Shown: positions 24,461-38,999 of the stretch, piece by piece
How positions within the stretch are numbered: the first letter of the stretch is position 1
Layout: every line of letters begins with the position of its first letter
Assembly: GCF_048593235.1 (NCBI RefSeq)
Contig: NC_133617.1
Location: 530,018,958-530,082,957, forward strand
Length of the DNA stretch: 64,000 nucleotides
Direction: 5' to 3'
From: Sminthopsis crassicaudata
Taxonomy: Eukaryota
Made by a program: the position numbers and the translations under genes
Notes under the pieces: generated by a model
The model's database searches: none
Seen by the model: only the letters and a program-made list of their open reading frames with translations
What the model was told of the DNA's origin: nothing

Positions 24461-27249
24461 GTATAGTGGATAGAGATCTGTACTTGACATCAAGAGAATC
24501 TGGATTTAAATGTCTCTGTAGATGCTTCCTAGCAGTGTGATCATGTGCAATCATTTCATCTCTTTGCCTTAGTTTCCCTATTAATAGAATAGTAGCAGTA
24601 ATAGCACATACTTCACAGGGTTATTATGAGGATAAAACAAGATACTCCTAAAAGGTTTTGCAAATCTTAAATATTATGTAGTAGCCATTATTCCTATTAT
24701 TAATAATGTGACTGAGCCTAAAATTTAGTTTTCCTGATTGTACATTCAGGAATCCTTTTGCCATTATTTTTATTTTGACATTTTTATATCATCTTGATTT
24801 CTACTTACATGCCTACTTATTCCTTCATTGTTTTATGAGTTGTCATTTGTAAGAAAAAACAAATAAGAGGGGGGAAAAGCCTTTAAACAAGCATCAATGG
24901 TATCTGGCATTATATATAGTTTTTTGTACCCGTAGTTCCATATCTCTACTCAGAAAAGAAAATTCTTAACTCTTAGATAGCTCCAAAATTTTAATTATAA
25001 TTACACTTTGTACTATATTATGCTGTCTCTCAGGTCCCTTCAGCTGATTAGGATGTTTTCTTTTCCAAGGGATCCATCAGAATGCCTCACTTTGCAATTA
25101 TGTACCTCAGAAACTCTATTTTTCCTTACCAGAATTGTAATGGTCCAGCTTCACAAAAAGTAGATACTAAAAATAATACTAAATAGAGACAGGACAAGAT
25201 GGTCCTGACATGGATTAGATTGGTTAACGTGCTTGTAAGTTAAACTGTCATTATTGGCAGCTAAGAACTGTAGTGGATAGAATATTGAGCTTGGAGTCAG
25301 GAAGACCCAAATTTAAATTGTGCCTCAGACACCTATTACATTCAAGACTCTGGGACTAATTTTTTTGACATCGCTGTGCTTGGCACTCCATCCACTACAC
25401 CACTGAGCTGTATCAATATAAATGCTAGCTGTTAACATCTGAGAACAATTCACTAGAACATGGAAGGGCCATGGCAAGGCAGCACTTATATAATGTACTC
25501 ATAACAGCCATATCTCAGAATACAGAGTTTTAGTTCCTGATGCTCATTAAATCCTCTGATCTTTGTGGACTGAATCTAGCAAAGGTATAAACAGGGACTG
25601 GACCATCCTGACCTCTGCCTGTGTCCCATGACCTCTGACAGAGACATACCATAAAGAAACAGGAATGACTCAGAAGAGCTTAGCTATGGTTGACTTTGTC
25701 ACAAAGTAGTAATGGCACAATCTTTTATAGTAACCTTAAGAAAGGAATAGGAAAGTGACCTATATTTTCTTTAATTCTGATCTGTTTGAGATAATGAGAG
25801 TATTTAATTTGCTTTTAGATGGTTTTCTCTCAATAGGAGAGAAAAATAAAGTTATTAAGTAGTATAAGATATGGGTAGAAAACTACAAGTATGCCATGCC
25901 ATCCATTGGCTAAATGAGTGAATCTCGAATTTGACCTGGGATTGAAGAATGGATGAATGCGATCAAACTAGAAAGCTGGGGGTGGGGAGGAGGGGACATG
26001 CCTCAAATCTTGTAAGGGTTTTGAAGTGACAAGGCCCTTCTTAACTGAGGCTACTGGTAGTTTAGGACAGGGAAGGTCTTAGCCTGTATAACTTTGATTT
26101 TATTAGAAATCTTGAGTACCACTTTTTTGTTTATTTCTAATCACTTCACCCTTTTAAGTGGTTTCTGCAGATGCATATTCTTTTCTTTTGTAAATAAAAC
26201 CTAGAAAATGCACTCTTTTGGTCTGTAAGGTATATAGGAAAGTAGAAGGGAAAGATAGAAATTATGATAAAAAAAATTCAGAAATGGTAGCAGTGATAGA
26301 GATAGGCAGTCATTAGGGTTCTATCTGGACATTTCCCTAAATCCAAGGAGCCCAGCTGGCTGAAGCGCAGTGCCTAGAGTTGAAGTTCAATGAAGTTACT
26401 AAAAGCTTTGGGGCTGGAAAGTATAAATTCCTTGGAATGGTTCCAAATAAAAGTGCTCCTGCCCCAAGAAGCTGATTTTTATTCACTGAAGCACAAGGCT
26501 TCAGGTTAGAGAAGGAACAAATCTTAGAGATTACTTGGTCCAATTAGTTGTATAGAGGAAGAAACAATCCATCAAGAGAGTTTTTAAGCTTTAAGTTACA
26601 GAGTTTCACTTGCCTCTGGCTGGTGCTCACTCTCTTCCTTTTCATATCTCCCCCATCTTGCTCCTACCAGGAAAATTATTTCTGAAATCATGGTATATGA
26701 AGTCAGTTTAGAAATACCAGCCCAGAACTTCTGGTTCTCTGCAAAAAGCAGGCTTTGAGTAATGGAGAAACTATAGCCCTTGTAAAGAGCTGCAACTTTC
26801 CTACCCCATTACTCAATTGTTCTGACTCCCAGTTTGTGGGAAGAGAATCCATGAAAGAATTCACCAGATCAGGAATGGTATCCAACCCACATCTCTATGA
26901 TGGCAAAGGTGAGGTTAATTATGAAGGAGCTACGGCTCTAGGCATGATCTTTTATTTTAAAAACAGGACAAGGCTGCTAGCTCAGGGAACAGGTTCACTA
27001 GTCAAACAAGCACAGGAACTGGTGGGAGCAGATGAGCAAACCACTGTGGAATCTTGTTGGTTGAAATGTTTTAGTAGTATTTAGGCTATTAATTACACAC
27101 AGAATGAACATATGCAAAATGTGTGGGAAGGACTTATCTATTGTGTCCACGAACAAGAAGTCACTTTTGCGGTAGTTTACAGGAGAAGTTTGCAGGTCCT
27201 TCTACCTTTAAATAAATTGATTCCAAGACTGAAAGGTGGAATTATAGGC

Positions 27250-27500
27250 TTATTTCATCTGTTGTGGTTCAGTCATATCTGCCTCTTCATGATCCTGTGG
27301 ACCACATCATGACAATACTGGGCAGGGGGTTTTCTTGACAAAGATACAGAAACAGTTTTCCATTTCCTTCTCCAGTGGATTAAGGCAAACAGAAGTTAAG
27401 GGACTTGCTCAGATATTGTCTGGAGGAAGCATTTTGAACTCAGGTCTTCCTGAATCCAAGACCAGCATCTTGTCCACTGAGTCATCTAGATGCCTCCCAG
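27250..27500 (-). mobile_element. Mar1-like CORE-SINE
   Basis: ttttcttgacaaagatac...catttccttctccagtggattaaggcaaacag. Confidence 0.7.
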
Positions 27501-28189
27501 GCAAAAAGGAATTAAATGGTTTACCCAGGATTACACAGCTGTGTAAGAGTTTTGACATTGCATTTGAATTCAAATCTTCTTGACTCTAGGTCCAGGATTC
27601 TTATCCACCAACCCACCTGTCTCCTAGATTACCTAGTCTTCTTAAACTTTAAATTGCAACCCTATATAGGATCACATAACTGAAAATGAAGGTTGCAAAA
27701 TTATGATTTATTATGAATAAATGCTTGATTTGTATGCCTATTTTATATACCTATGCATCCAGAGTCATGTAATTAATTCTCAAGTAAAAAGGAGTCGTGA
27801 GTGGAAAAAATTTAAGAAGCCTTGCTCTAGAGATACACAAAAAAGAAACTTAGTGAGAACTATTCAGGTAGCCCATAGAGGTATGATCAACATTAGCTTA
27901 CTTGCTTCAAATTTGGGGCACTAGAAGATGGAAATCAGAATCCAAGGCCAAGTGTTATAAAACACAAGAGATGTAGCCCTACATTAACTAGTTCAAATAG
28001 TGTCAAAGCAGCAATTGTTGAATGACTGAGCAGATTGAACAGAAAGTTATCCTTGGGGGTCTTTGTGTTAGACCCTAGTAGTTATTTAATTACATTTTTT
28101 GATAGAATAAGCACAAAAGCTAAATGGAAAACAGACTGCTTGTGACCTCCTAATCAATATTTGGTTGCTTCATTTCAACATTTTCACTC

Positions 28190-28560
28190 AGTGTGGTATA
28201 GAGACAAAATAGCTAGATTTAGAAATCCTTTGCATAGACATGAGGTCCCAAAATAGATGGAGCCTTGGGGGATATTCTGACAATGGTCAAGAAAAGAAGG
28301 ATCTATTGCTGAGACAAATGAGAGGATATGATCACACAGGCAAGAAGAGAACCACCAGATGAAGACCAGTGTCATAGAAGCCAAAGGTCAAAAGTATGTT
28401 CAGGAGAGGAGAGAATGCACAGTGTCAGAAATTGCAGAAAAGTCAAGAAAGATGAGAACTAAGAAAAGATCACTGAATTTAATGATGAAAAAAAATCCAC
28501 TGGATAACCTTGGAGATAGTAGCTTTAGTCAAATGACGAAGTTGAAAGGGTTGAGAAGTA
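28190..28560 (-). mobile_element. L2 LINE fragment
   Basis: Purine-rich gtgtcatagaagccaaagg...aagtcaagaaagatgagaactaagaaaag, typical of reverse-strand L2. Confidence 0.6.
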
Positions 28561-28589
28561 AGTGGAGATTGGGAAACAGATGGTAAAGG

Positions 28590-28768
28590 GAATAGACCAG
28601 AGATATAAAATATGTCACATGGAAGTTCAGGACATTCTCCAGTACAGCCAAACCAGATTAAAATATAATTGGTAAATATTTAACATAAAATACAGCAACA
28701 TATAAACGTTAATACATAGTCTTCTAAGACAATAATGCAGTGCAGTTTCTATTAGCTTGATACCACTG
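28590..28768 (-). mobile_element. hAT-type MITE (family of 24243-24460)
   Basis: ccagattaaaatataattggtaaatatttaac...ttgataccactg. Confidence 0.55.
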
Positions 28769-29159
28769 GTATAAGACAACTCTTTTTTAGGAGTCAAGCT
28801 GTGAAAGGAAAAGAGAGATATTAGAATGATAGCTTTAATGAAAAGCAGTGCCAAGTGAAGATTTATTTTTGTTTTTTAAAAAGATGAGTGACAGTTCTTT
28901 GGCAACCAAGAGAAAAATGAAGCTTGATTTATGAGACATCTAGAGTGGCAACACTAATAGGTTTAGGCAACACTAAATAATAATTATTTATTGCACTTTG
29001 AAATCCCATTTCTGGTACTTTTTAGAAATCCTGGTAATTTTTCATTATTATTAGTTGTCCAGTGATGGTAAGATTGAGGTTTCAATCTGTGGGGCATAAA
29101 TGGTATTCTTATTCTCTCCCAAGGGAGATAATTTGAATTAAAGCCAGGCTATTTCATTC

Positions 29160-30915
29160 CCAATAGAAAAGACCAAATTCAATCTCTTGACTAGACTTTC
29201 CTTTGTGATAGTGAATTATAGAGGTTGCCTCTTCATCATCCCAACCAGACAACATAGTGTTCCTCAAATTCATCTTACATTTCTGTCTTGGGGCTTTGCT
29301 TGTACCATATTCTCCACTCTCTTGTACCATCTTCAAAGCCTCCCTTAAATTTCCCAAGGTTTGAATTCTCTGCTTCCACCTTTTGGAATCTCTAGCTCCA
29401 TACAAGTCCCCGATCAAGTGCCCTATTGCAAGAGACCCTTCTTGGTCCCTCCAACTTGTTAGCACTTTCCAAATTACTTTGTATTTATTTTGTATATATT
29501 TTGTATTACTTATATGTATATATGTTTTTTGCCCAGCAGAATATAACTTCTTTGAGGGCAAGATCCATTTCCCTTGTAATCTCATAGTATCTACAACCTA
29601 GATAGGTTGTTTTTGTTGAATTGAAATGTTTGTTGAACTGAAAATGTCTCTGGAATATAATATACTAGAATGAGTACTGGCTTCAGTCAGGAAACTTAGG
29701 TTTGGGTCCTAGCTCCAACATTAACCATTTGTAATGGTTGTGTAATCTTTATTGTGTAACAATGTTTGTTACATTGTGTAACCCTGAGCAAGCTATTTTA
29801 TCTTTGCCTCAGCTTCTTCAGAGAAATACTATTTTGCTTACCTGTGCCACAGGTTTGTTTTAAGGAGAAAGCATGGAAATCTTAAAAACGTTATGTAAAT
29901 GGTGGATCATCATCTAAACAGGACACAAACTTCACTAACACTTTAATTGACTTAAATTTCGTTATAACAAGGCAGTTGTTAATTTTGGGGTAAATGCTAT
30001 CAAATACTGTTTTGATTTCCTGCCAACACCGTGACATGAAGCATTACTGGTCACCTTTTAGAGGGAGCAGGAACATCAGAGCTAAAAAGTCACCCAAAGT
30101 CCATTTGTCAGATGAGGACATCACTATCTTCCCAGTTATCAAGATTGCAAGCTCTTACTTTTTCATCTTCTCTCCCCTAATATCTTATCAGATGCCAAGT
30201 TCTTCGGATATGATCTCTCCCAGAGATCCACCTCTTCTCTTTCCATATAAGTCAGTCTCCACTCACCCCTCCTTCATATATTCATTACTTCTCACCTGGA
30301 CCATTTTAAGCTTCCAATTTACTCTTCCTTCTGAAATCTATGGAGACATGAATGCTAAGATGACATTCCTAAGACAGAGTACCGATTATATCACTCTTTT
30401 TCAAAATCTGTTTATTATTGTCTATTTCTTCTTGATATAAATTCCTGAGCCTCATACTTAGAACTCTTCAAAGTCCACCTCTAAACACTGCTACCCTTTA
30501 TGTTCTAGTCATACTGGACCACAAGTTATTGGCTCATCTAATCTTGATGTTTACCAATACCTTGTATACGTGCAGGTCATTCCCCATACCTAGGATATAC
30601 TCCCTCCAGCACACTTACCTTTTATCTAAGGATTAGTTCAGGTGCTATTTCCTCTGCTAAGCCTTCCTTATTCCCCCCTCCCAGTGTATTCTTTTCAAAT
30701 TTTCCTAAATCATCTTATCATCCACCCCCATCATAGCATATCTTTTATCATTATACTTATCTGTGTGTATATCATATCCTTTCCAGTAGATTGGAAGCTC
30801 CTTGAGGTCAGGTACTGTTATTATTACAATTTTTATAAACTTTTCTTTCCCCAGCACCTAGTAAAATACCTTGTACTTAATAGGTGCTTAATTTAAAATT
30901 TTGTTTGTTGAACGA
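29160..30915 (+). mobile_element. Two L2 3'-end fragments (~29160-29640 and ~30100-30915) separated by a MIR piece
   Basis: Pyrimidine-rich L2 ORF2 end; tails aagctccttgaggtcagg...gtgcttaa and tgttgaattgaa. Confidence 0.6.
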
Positions 30916-33249
30916 TGCTCTGGAGAGAGAAACAAGAAGTGTTGATGCTGTCTTCAATAGGCACGCAATCACCTGGTTCCCCTTCCAGAACATCCATGAG
31001 TTGATCACCATTTCACCCCATGTGGGGACAAGCAGAGGACAGCTGGAGACTTCGAGAGACTTTGAGGTTTGGAGAAAGGGATAGGAGGGAGGTCGTGATA
31101 GAAGGCATAAATCTTCTTCTTGTAGTAAGTGCAATGATTTGGTTGCTGGGATTGGGGAGGGGAGTAAGGCAAAGATCATCATTACCTTTTTGCTCTTCTT
31201 TATTCAGCTTTTGTGGTCAGTATAAATCACAACAGGAGTAGAAAAATACGAAAGCAAATTTCTTACTCTGTCATGTAAGTTTTGACCAAGCTCCCTGTCT
31301 GTCCCACCATCGGCAGTAGAAGAGAGTCCAAAAGCCAGACTTTAAGAATTATGTTAGGGCTCCTCTAGGTCACTGGCAGAGTCAAAGGAACTCAAATAAC
31401 CCGAAGTAATCCAAATAAAATAGTGATACCTTAAATTATAGCACAGTAGTGAGAAAAAATCGTGAGAATCCTGGTGGTTCAGAAGCTTGTGTTGCCCCAG
31501 TTAAGAATATATACCTGGCTCCAAAGTCCCTTTGTATGAGCCCCACAATAAGTATTAACAACTTGAATCCCTTATCCCACGGATGAGTAACCTGAGAGTG
31601 TGTACCCTGTATTTATCAAGGAGGCCTTCTTGTCACTTATTTTTGCTATACTGCTTAATTGATTGCCTTTTGCTTTGACCTTCTTCTAGATAACTATCTT
31701 CTAGTTATCTTAGTAAAAGAAAACACAGTAATAAGAACTATTTATTTTGAGTGTTAAGGCAGAATGTTTTTGATTGGTGAGTGGGAGTAGGAAGTAAAGT
31801 GGGAGATATGAGAAAACTAAAGTTTAGAATGATCACTGTCATGAATTTTCTCCTGTTATAGATTCTTGGGGGGATAGAGGCTCTTAAAATCCCTCTCAAT
31901 ACACTCTGCCCCATATCATGTGAGGAGAACTTCTACCAGGTTATTCAAAATATGCCTGTGTCTCTGTCTGGCAAAACTGCTATGCAGCGATCCTAATTTC
32001 AGGGGTCTTAGTGACAAAGTAGTCTAGGTACTAGGAAATCCAAGTGAAATAGATAATCCTGATAGAATTCTAATTGATGACAATGTGCTTTTAGTCTATA
32101 ATTTAAAAAAAAAAACCACTGTAAACTCTAAATGAACTATATTAATAATTGTCCAATAAATAATATATGAACCAAATGAATAAATGAGCTAATTAAGAAG
32201 GTGCCTGTAGCTACCAGAAGTGATCAAGACATAATGAGTATTAAGAATTGAAGCTTCTTTGCTGATGGCAGAAATGTACTGCAGAGGCCCTGCTCTGCCT
32301 CTTCAGTGTTATTAACTACCTCCTTGAGGGCTTATTTAAGCTTCAAGGCAATTTATAGTGTTTGAATACAGTTCTAGCTGCCTCGACCATGATGGGAGTT
32401 GAAAGGAAAAATAAAAAAACTGTTTATGTTTTATCCTGAGCTCCAGAAAAACTCAGCATGACTTACTTAAAAAAACCTGGTGGGGATATACAGCCTGCAC
32501 TGTTGGCTGTGAAGGAGGTGAAAGGAATTTATTTGCCTTAACCTAGCAAGGAACTGTTCTTTTGTGTTAGAAATGAATGAGTTAAATTAAAAAAAAATTA
32601 AAAACAAAGTCTTGACCCAACTGCCTGAGTAGAGAGGTTTTTCTAACAAAAGTACGAAAATTGTGTTAAGAAGTTCCTGTTAGCATGTCAGTCCCTCAAG
32701 GTTTACTCTCCAGTCTCATAAAAGTGATAAATATCCCTTTGCCACCCCCAAACTCCCAAGGAGCCATAATAGCAAATGGCAATGGGGCAACAAGTGAAAA
32801 CTCTAGCACCTAGAGGCATCAGTCTAGCAGAGAAGCATCCAATGGCATCTCCAGAGACAGAGGGCAATGGGTGGAGATGATGGAGCTCAAGGACATGACA
32901 GATGTAGAAATGCTTAGTAACCAGTGACCAGGGAGCTACAGTAGATGGTTGGGCATAAAATGGTCCACCTAATTGCTGGTTGCTGACAAAAAGGACCACA
33001 AATAGGGTTCTAGCCATTACACAAATCATACTTACCTTGGAGTGCGTTTTCAGAACTTCCTTCTCCACCAGTATGGGACCTCAGAAACCATTTATTCCAA
33101 CTTATACTTGACTCCCCTCTACATTTATGTGATCAGTGACGGTCATACTTTTTTTTTTTTTTTAAAGACCTCCAGTGAGGGGAAAAAAAACCAACAAAAA
33201 AACAAACTACTACATCCTGAGGCAACTCCATTCTGTTTAATAACCTACC

Positions 33250-33500
33250 ATAGTTGGGAAGTGTTTTGCTTTCATTAAATCTAAGTTTTTTTCTGAAACA
33301 TTCACTTTCTTTTCTAGTACTGCTTCCCATATGATAGTCCTTCTAACTCTTCTCCAGCCTAAGTATTCCTGGTTCCTTCACCTGATTCTCATACAGCAGG
33401 ATGCTCAAGTATTGTGACCAACTTCTCTGGCTATTCCTTCCCTTATCCCTCTCCTTCTTAAAAAGTAACATTCAAAATAAAAATGACATTCTAGATCTGT
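33250..33500 (-). mobile_element. CR1/L3 fragment
   Basis: cttctccagcctaagtattcctggttccttca...tcatacagcaggatg. Confidence 0.55.
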
Positions 33501-34593
33501 TTGTTACTCAATAAACCTCTTTTATAAAAATTCCAAGATACACTTATTACTTACTTATCATAGTGTTTATTATGTACCAGGCACTATGCTAAGCAATTTA
33601 CAATTATCTCCCTTGATCCTCACAACAATTTTGGGTTATATAAAGGATCTTAAAGCCCATCAAGTCAGACCTTTTCATTTTACAGACGAGGGAACTAAGA
33701 TTGAGAGAGGTCAAATTACTTGCCTAAGACCCCAGAGCTAATAAGTTTCTGAGGTAGAGTTTAAATTCAAGATCTAAGCTTAGAATTCTATCTGTTGTTA
33801 TTTATTTGGGGCAACTATCTAGGAAGCCCAGTGGATAGAGCACTGGACCAGGAATGAGGAAAATCCAAGTTCAAATTTGATATCTAACACTTACTAGCTA
33901 TGATACTTGGGGCAAATTACTTAATCTCTTAGTTTCCTTAATTGTAAAATGTAGATTACAGTCTCAACCTCCCTCACAAGAGTTATGAGGATCAAACGAG
34001 ATCTTTGTGAAACACTTAGTATAATGCCTGGCACATAATAGGTGCTGTATAAATGCTTATTTCTCTTTCCTATCTTCCTCAATCATTTTGGTCCCAAAAT
34101 TTCTTTATACATTATGAATAAGGACCTGTCCCCAAGGGATTTTGTTTCTATTGATGTTTACCATGTTGGAAATTAAAATGTCTTAGTATAACTGGAAAGT
34201 TTTTATCTCCAAGGGCTCCCTGAAAGGGTGTCAGGACAAACACTTTAAATATTGCTGCTTTCATTCATTCAATTCAATAAACATGCAGAATCTGCTATAT
34301 GAAAGTTTCCTTACTAAGTGAAAGTCTCATCCTTAATTCTAGACTAGGAATTGTCTAGTCTATGACAAAAGCACCTTTCATTTTTCTTAACAGTTTTTCT
34401 ACTTGTTCCTGTTCTGCAGGTATTTCTCAGCATTTCCCATCCTCAGAAAATGAACAGGAGCTCTAACCTAACTCCCTGTCTTAAAAGAAAATAGGCTTTG
34501 CCCTTAGAGGTATAATGCACAGACATAAATATATACCTCTTAAATCATTTAAAAAATTCCAGTAATTTTTTACAATAATGTAATTTCAAAACA

Positions 34594-34631
<38 letters not shown>

Positions 34632-35399
34632 GCCAATGAATTCTTGTTTTCTTTTCTCTCTGAAACTATCTCCAAGTTTTCTACAGCCAAACAATACTTT
34701 AGTAAGGGTGTGTCCACTGCAGAACATAACTGGGGGTGGGGTTACCTTGTGGTTCTGCACGTCCTACTTCCTAAAAGTTCCAACATCATACTTCTCTTAA
34801 CAATGGCCTGGTATTGTTCCAGCTTTCAGATCCTGTTGGTTCACATTCTGCATCAGCAGTTTTTTTTCCTCTTTCTATGTGAGGATGTTTGACACCTTTG
34901 AAATTCATGGGATTTCAGATTCTCTACACTTCATTATAGCAAGGTGTAAAATTCTTTACTGTTTTTGATAAGAGTTGTTTACAACTTCTAGCTCAATAAC
35001 CATGAGGAAAGATGCTATATGGATCCTATATGGTTGAATGTATTTAAAAATTTTCTCATTCTATGAAATAGTTAATATTTGAATGGATAGAGATTGGATT
35101 CTGTTGGTATAGGAAACTCCCATATGAAATTAAAAAAAAAAAAAAAAACACTTTTTACTATTTTAGGTTAACAAGTAACTTGCCCAGCTAGAACTAGTAC
35201 ATGAGAGGTGAAGCTTGAACCCAGATCTTCCCAACTTTAGTTCAAATAAAAACACTGGACATCTTGTCTCTGAGAGCTATGGTCCTAATTCTCATCAACT
35301 TCTCTTTACTATCAAATTCACCATTTTTGTCTGTGTTGCTGTACCTACAATCTTTATTTCCTCTTCTTTGATTTTCTTTTCAGGACTCAGAATTTTGTA

Positions 35400-36970
35400 T
35401 TCCCTCTACCCCTCCTGTATTTTTATTTAATCAGCTGTCAATGACTTCCTTCTAGTCAGCTGCAGTGACTTATCAGTCCTCATCTGAATCAATCTCACTG
35501 AATCATTCAACACTATTTTCCATGCTGACCTTTGGAAAAATTTTCTTCTCTTGATTTCTGTGACCCTGAACTTAACCCACTTTACTCCCTGCTCCTTCTC
35601 CTATCCTTTGGAGAGCTCTTTCCCCATCCTTCAAATATAAGTGTTTTCCAAAGGTCTCTCTTTGGCTCCCTTCTCATCCTCTTTCTTGGCCAGTTTTAAC
35701 TTCTGTAGCTCCAAAGACATACTACTTTTGGTAGATGACTCGAAATTCCCAAGTGTAGGCAGACCTTGATCTCTTTTCTGAACCCAAGACCTTCACTTCT
35801 AACTGCTTTTAGGATTCTTCCACCCAACTGTCCCATCAGCAACTCAAACCTGATATGCCCCTAACTGACCTCTCTTTCCCTCCAAATCCACTTATTTTGA
35901 TACTAGTATTTTCACGTGTGACACCGTCATCTAGTCGTCCATGTTGGTAATCATATCTTTGATTTTTCCAACTTCACCAATCACTTACCAAATCCTTTTT
36001 GTTCCATAATTCACACTCTTGAATTAAATCCTGCTTCACTATTGCAGGTGAAAAAAAAAACTTATTAAATTTGGAGTCAACAAATCAGGGCTTCAGTCAG
36101 CTATTTGAAGTGAGACGTTTAAGTGGAGAAATACCTCCACTCCAAATGTTCAAATGGACTATTTGTGCCCAACTTGTGACGGAGCCTTCTAAGCCAAGCC
36201 AATCAACTACAGTTGGATACACTGTACCTTAACCCCAACATTGTGATATCTTTTGGTCCTCTTTGTACCTGAAGGACAACAACCAGAAAACCATCTTTAC
36301 CTATAAAACAAGGGGCTCAATCGGAGGTCTTTGAAGGAGCTTTACGGCCCAAATCTACGAACCTGCTTCCATCCTAGCAAATACCATCACTGGCCTAGTT
36401 GGTTGAACAGCCTCCTTATAATCTGCTTCCATTCATCATATCATCAACAGAAATATTCTTAAACCATAGAGATGCTCAAAATGATTCAGAGACTGCCTCT
36501 AAGTACCCAGAAAAGTTTAAATTTCTTTGGCATTCAAGGCCCTCCTCCACAACTTAGTTGTTTTTCTCTCTTACCATACTTACCTCATGTTACTTCCTTC
36601 ACACACTGTGCACAAATGGTTTCTTATTTTTGGGATCCTTCCTTTTTCCTCGTGACCTTTGAAATCGTGCCCATTAATGCACAACTGTAATGTCACCTAC
36701 TCTAGGAAATCTTCTGAGACTTCCCTGGTTAGAAATGCTTTTTTCCAATAGACTTTGATACATTTATCAAGAGGCACTTATTAAGAACTTACTATGTGCT
36801 AACCACTGGGAATACAAAGAAAATGTTAGTATGTAAAACTGCATTCTCATGATTTACATCTTAGCCTCTCTGACTTTAAACTTGGTGAAAGCGAGACCAC
36901 AGCTTAGGCAAACTGTCACCCAGAGGCTACCATTGCACACACCAGTACTTAACAAATGTTTGTGATATGT
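35400..36970 (+). mobile_element. Fragmented L2 interrupted by an RTE 3' fragment (~36095-36285)
   Basis: L2 ORF2-like (tcaatgacttcc...tggtagatgactc...caactcaaac); RTE-like aagtggagaaatacctcc...gaaggacaacaac. Confidence 0.55.
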
Positions 36971-37129
36971 TATGATCTGCTGTTGACTGAACTGATTTTT
37001 AAATATACCAATATTCTTATGAATGTGAGGAGTAAGCCTGAATACTGTCCATTTTTGTAGGATTTGACTGAACTAGAATAGGGGATAGTTAGCTGTGTGA
37101 AATACTGAAGAACTAATTGATTGGATGTG

Positions 37130-37395
37130 GAAGGGAGAAAGGGAGTAAAGAAGGGAAGGGAGAAAAGAGAGGCAGGGAAGGAGGGAAGGGAGGAAGGGAA
37201 GAAGGAAAAGAGGACAGGAGGACAGAGGAAGGAAGGGAAGAGGAGGGGAAGAAGAAGAAGAGAGGGAGAAAGAAGAATAGAAGGAGGGAAGACAAGGAAG
37301 GAGAAATGGAGGGAGAAAGAAGGAAGGGGAGGAAAAGAATGTAGGGAGAAAAGAAAGAAAGGAAGAAGGGAGGGAGAGAAGAGGAGAAAGAAACA
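37130..37395. repeat. GA-rich purine low-complexity tract
   Basis: Direct; explains four overlapping ORFs in the track. Confidence 0.9.
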
Positions 37396-38999
37396 AATAT
37401 TTAAACACCTACTTTATGTTAGGCATCATGTTAAGCACTTTATAAATATCTCATTTGATTCTTACACCAAACCTGATAGGCCTTACTATTACTATACTAA
37501 TATTTCATTTTATAGTTAAGGAAACTGAGATAGAGGTTAAGTTATCAAATGTTACACAGGTAGTAAATGTCTGAATCTAAATGTAAAATCATTTTTTCCT
37601 GACTCTACACTCAGTGTTCTAATTTTCTGCACACCAAGGACCTTCAAATTATGTCTTAATATAAATGAAAAAGGAAATTGCTTGTAAACTAGTGATACCC
37701 CAGGAAGGAGTGAGGGGCCTATGAAAAAGAGAGTAGGAAAGAGACAGAGGAAAGGATAGAATGATGAATATAAGAAAGGACTGAAGGATAAAATGGAGAA
37801 AAGGATGGAGAAAGTCCAGAGTATGGGAGCAAGGATCAAAGCCCTCTGGAAAATGAAAAAAGCAGGAAAAAAAGCAACATGAAGGGAAGAAATAGATTTA
37901 TCTAGAATACTTTAAGAAAAAGAATAGGACCTAGAGAGGGAAGACAATGATAGAAAAGGGGTTTCTAATGTCACAACTGTGAACAATAGTATAATTCATG
38001 AAGAAGATGGTCACTAAAGTCAAATTCTGAGCATAAGCATAAAGAGACATGGGGCTCAGTTAAGAAATTACCTAGTCCTCAAGAGATAATAATGAGATAA
38101 AAAGTTGCTCAATATAGGAATGGGGGAGTTGAGAGGATTAGGCAAAAAATTATATGATTAAAAAGCTTTAACAAAAAGATTAGTGAAATAAACTATATGG
38201 TACCAAAAAGTCACCTGTGTCTAATTTCTATCCCTATCACATCTGCTGTGATGGTAAGGGGAAAGAAGAGGGGAGACTGAAGATTTTTCACTTCATTAAG
38301 ATGTCTGAAAAACATTAAACCGTAACTTAAGAGATATCTAGATTATTTATAACTTGTGCCCTAATATTCCCTCATGTTAGAGAAAAAGCTATTGGTACCT
38401 ACATGGGGCAGGATGAAAGAAAGATGACAGGTACCATTGGAAAATCAAGAGGAAGATCCTGGGGTTCTGGTACCAATAAGAGAACCTGGTATCATCCAAA
38501 GGATAAGACAGAAAATTCCTGAGCTGGATATCATTTTATCACAGAAGAGAAGTAATGCAGAAAAAGTGACTTTTATCTTCTTCAGTCTAGTTCCTTTTGG
38601 AAAGTTTTTGAAAGGCAGCCAAATCTTTTGAGATACCAAATCTATTTAACACACTTTCCCCTAATTTTCTATCTTTAAAGTATGGTCTTACATACCAAGT
38701 AAAACGAACACAAATTACAATTCTAATAAATACTAATACTATAAATCAATGTATAGCTAAGTATTTGTAATGATCTCTCTTAGTCCCATAGAAAAGCACT
38801 TCCCTCATTCTGGTTGAGAAATGGGACAACAAATATGAAATTGTAGCTTACACTGTCAGATAAGGTTATTATTTTAACTGTTTTTTTTTTTAATAAAGGA
38901 GGATTCATCTTTTCAGTTAGCAGGTACAAAAATTACTGTGATGTAAGAGCTACTAAGGGAGAATTTTGGGCTTGGCCCTGTGTTTTTTGTAAAAGAACA

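Noticed and set aside
25130-25178. 37/49-nt segment with a CTG|GTAAGG donor
   Set aside because: Not a multiple of three, early stop, and the acceptor context is ordinary for cryptic matches.
37073-37519. Several overlapping Lys/Glu/Arg-rich or Phe/Leu/Pro-rich ORFs (likewise 9002-9247 and 20757-21023)
   Set aside because: Simple-sequence tracts lack stop codons by composition.
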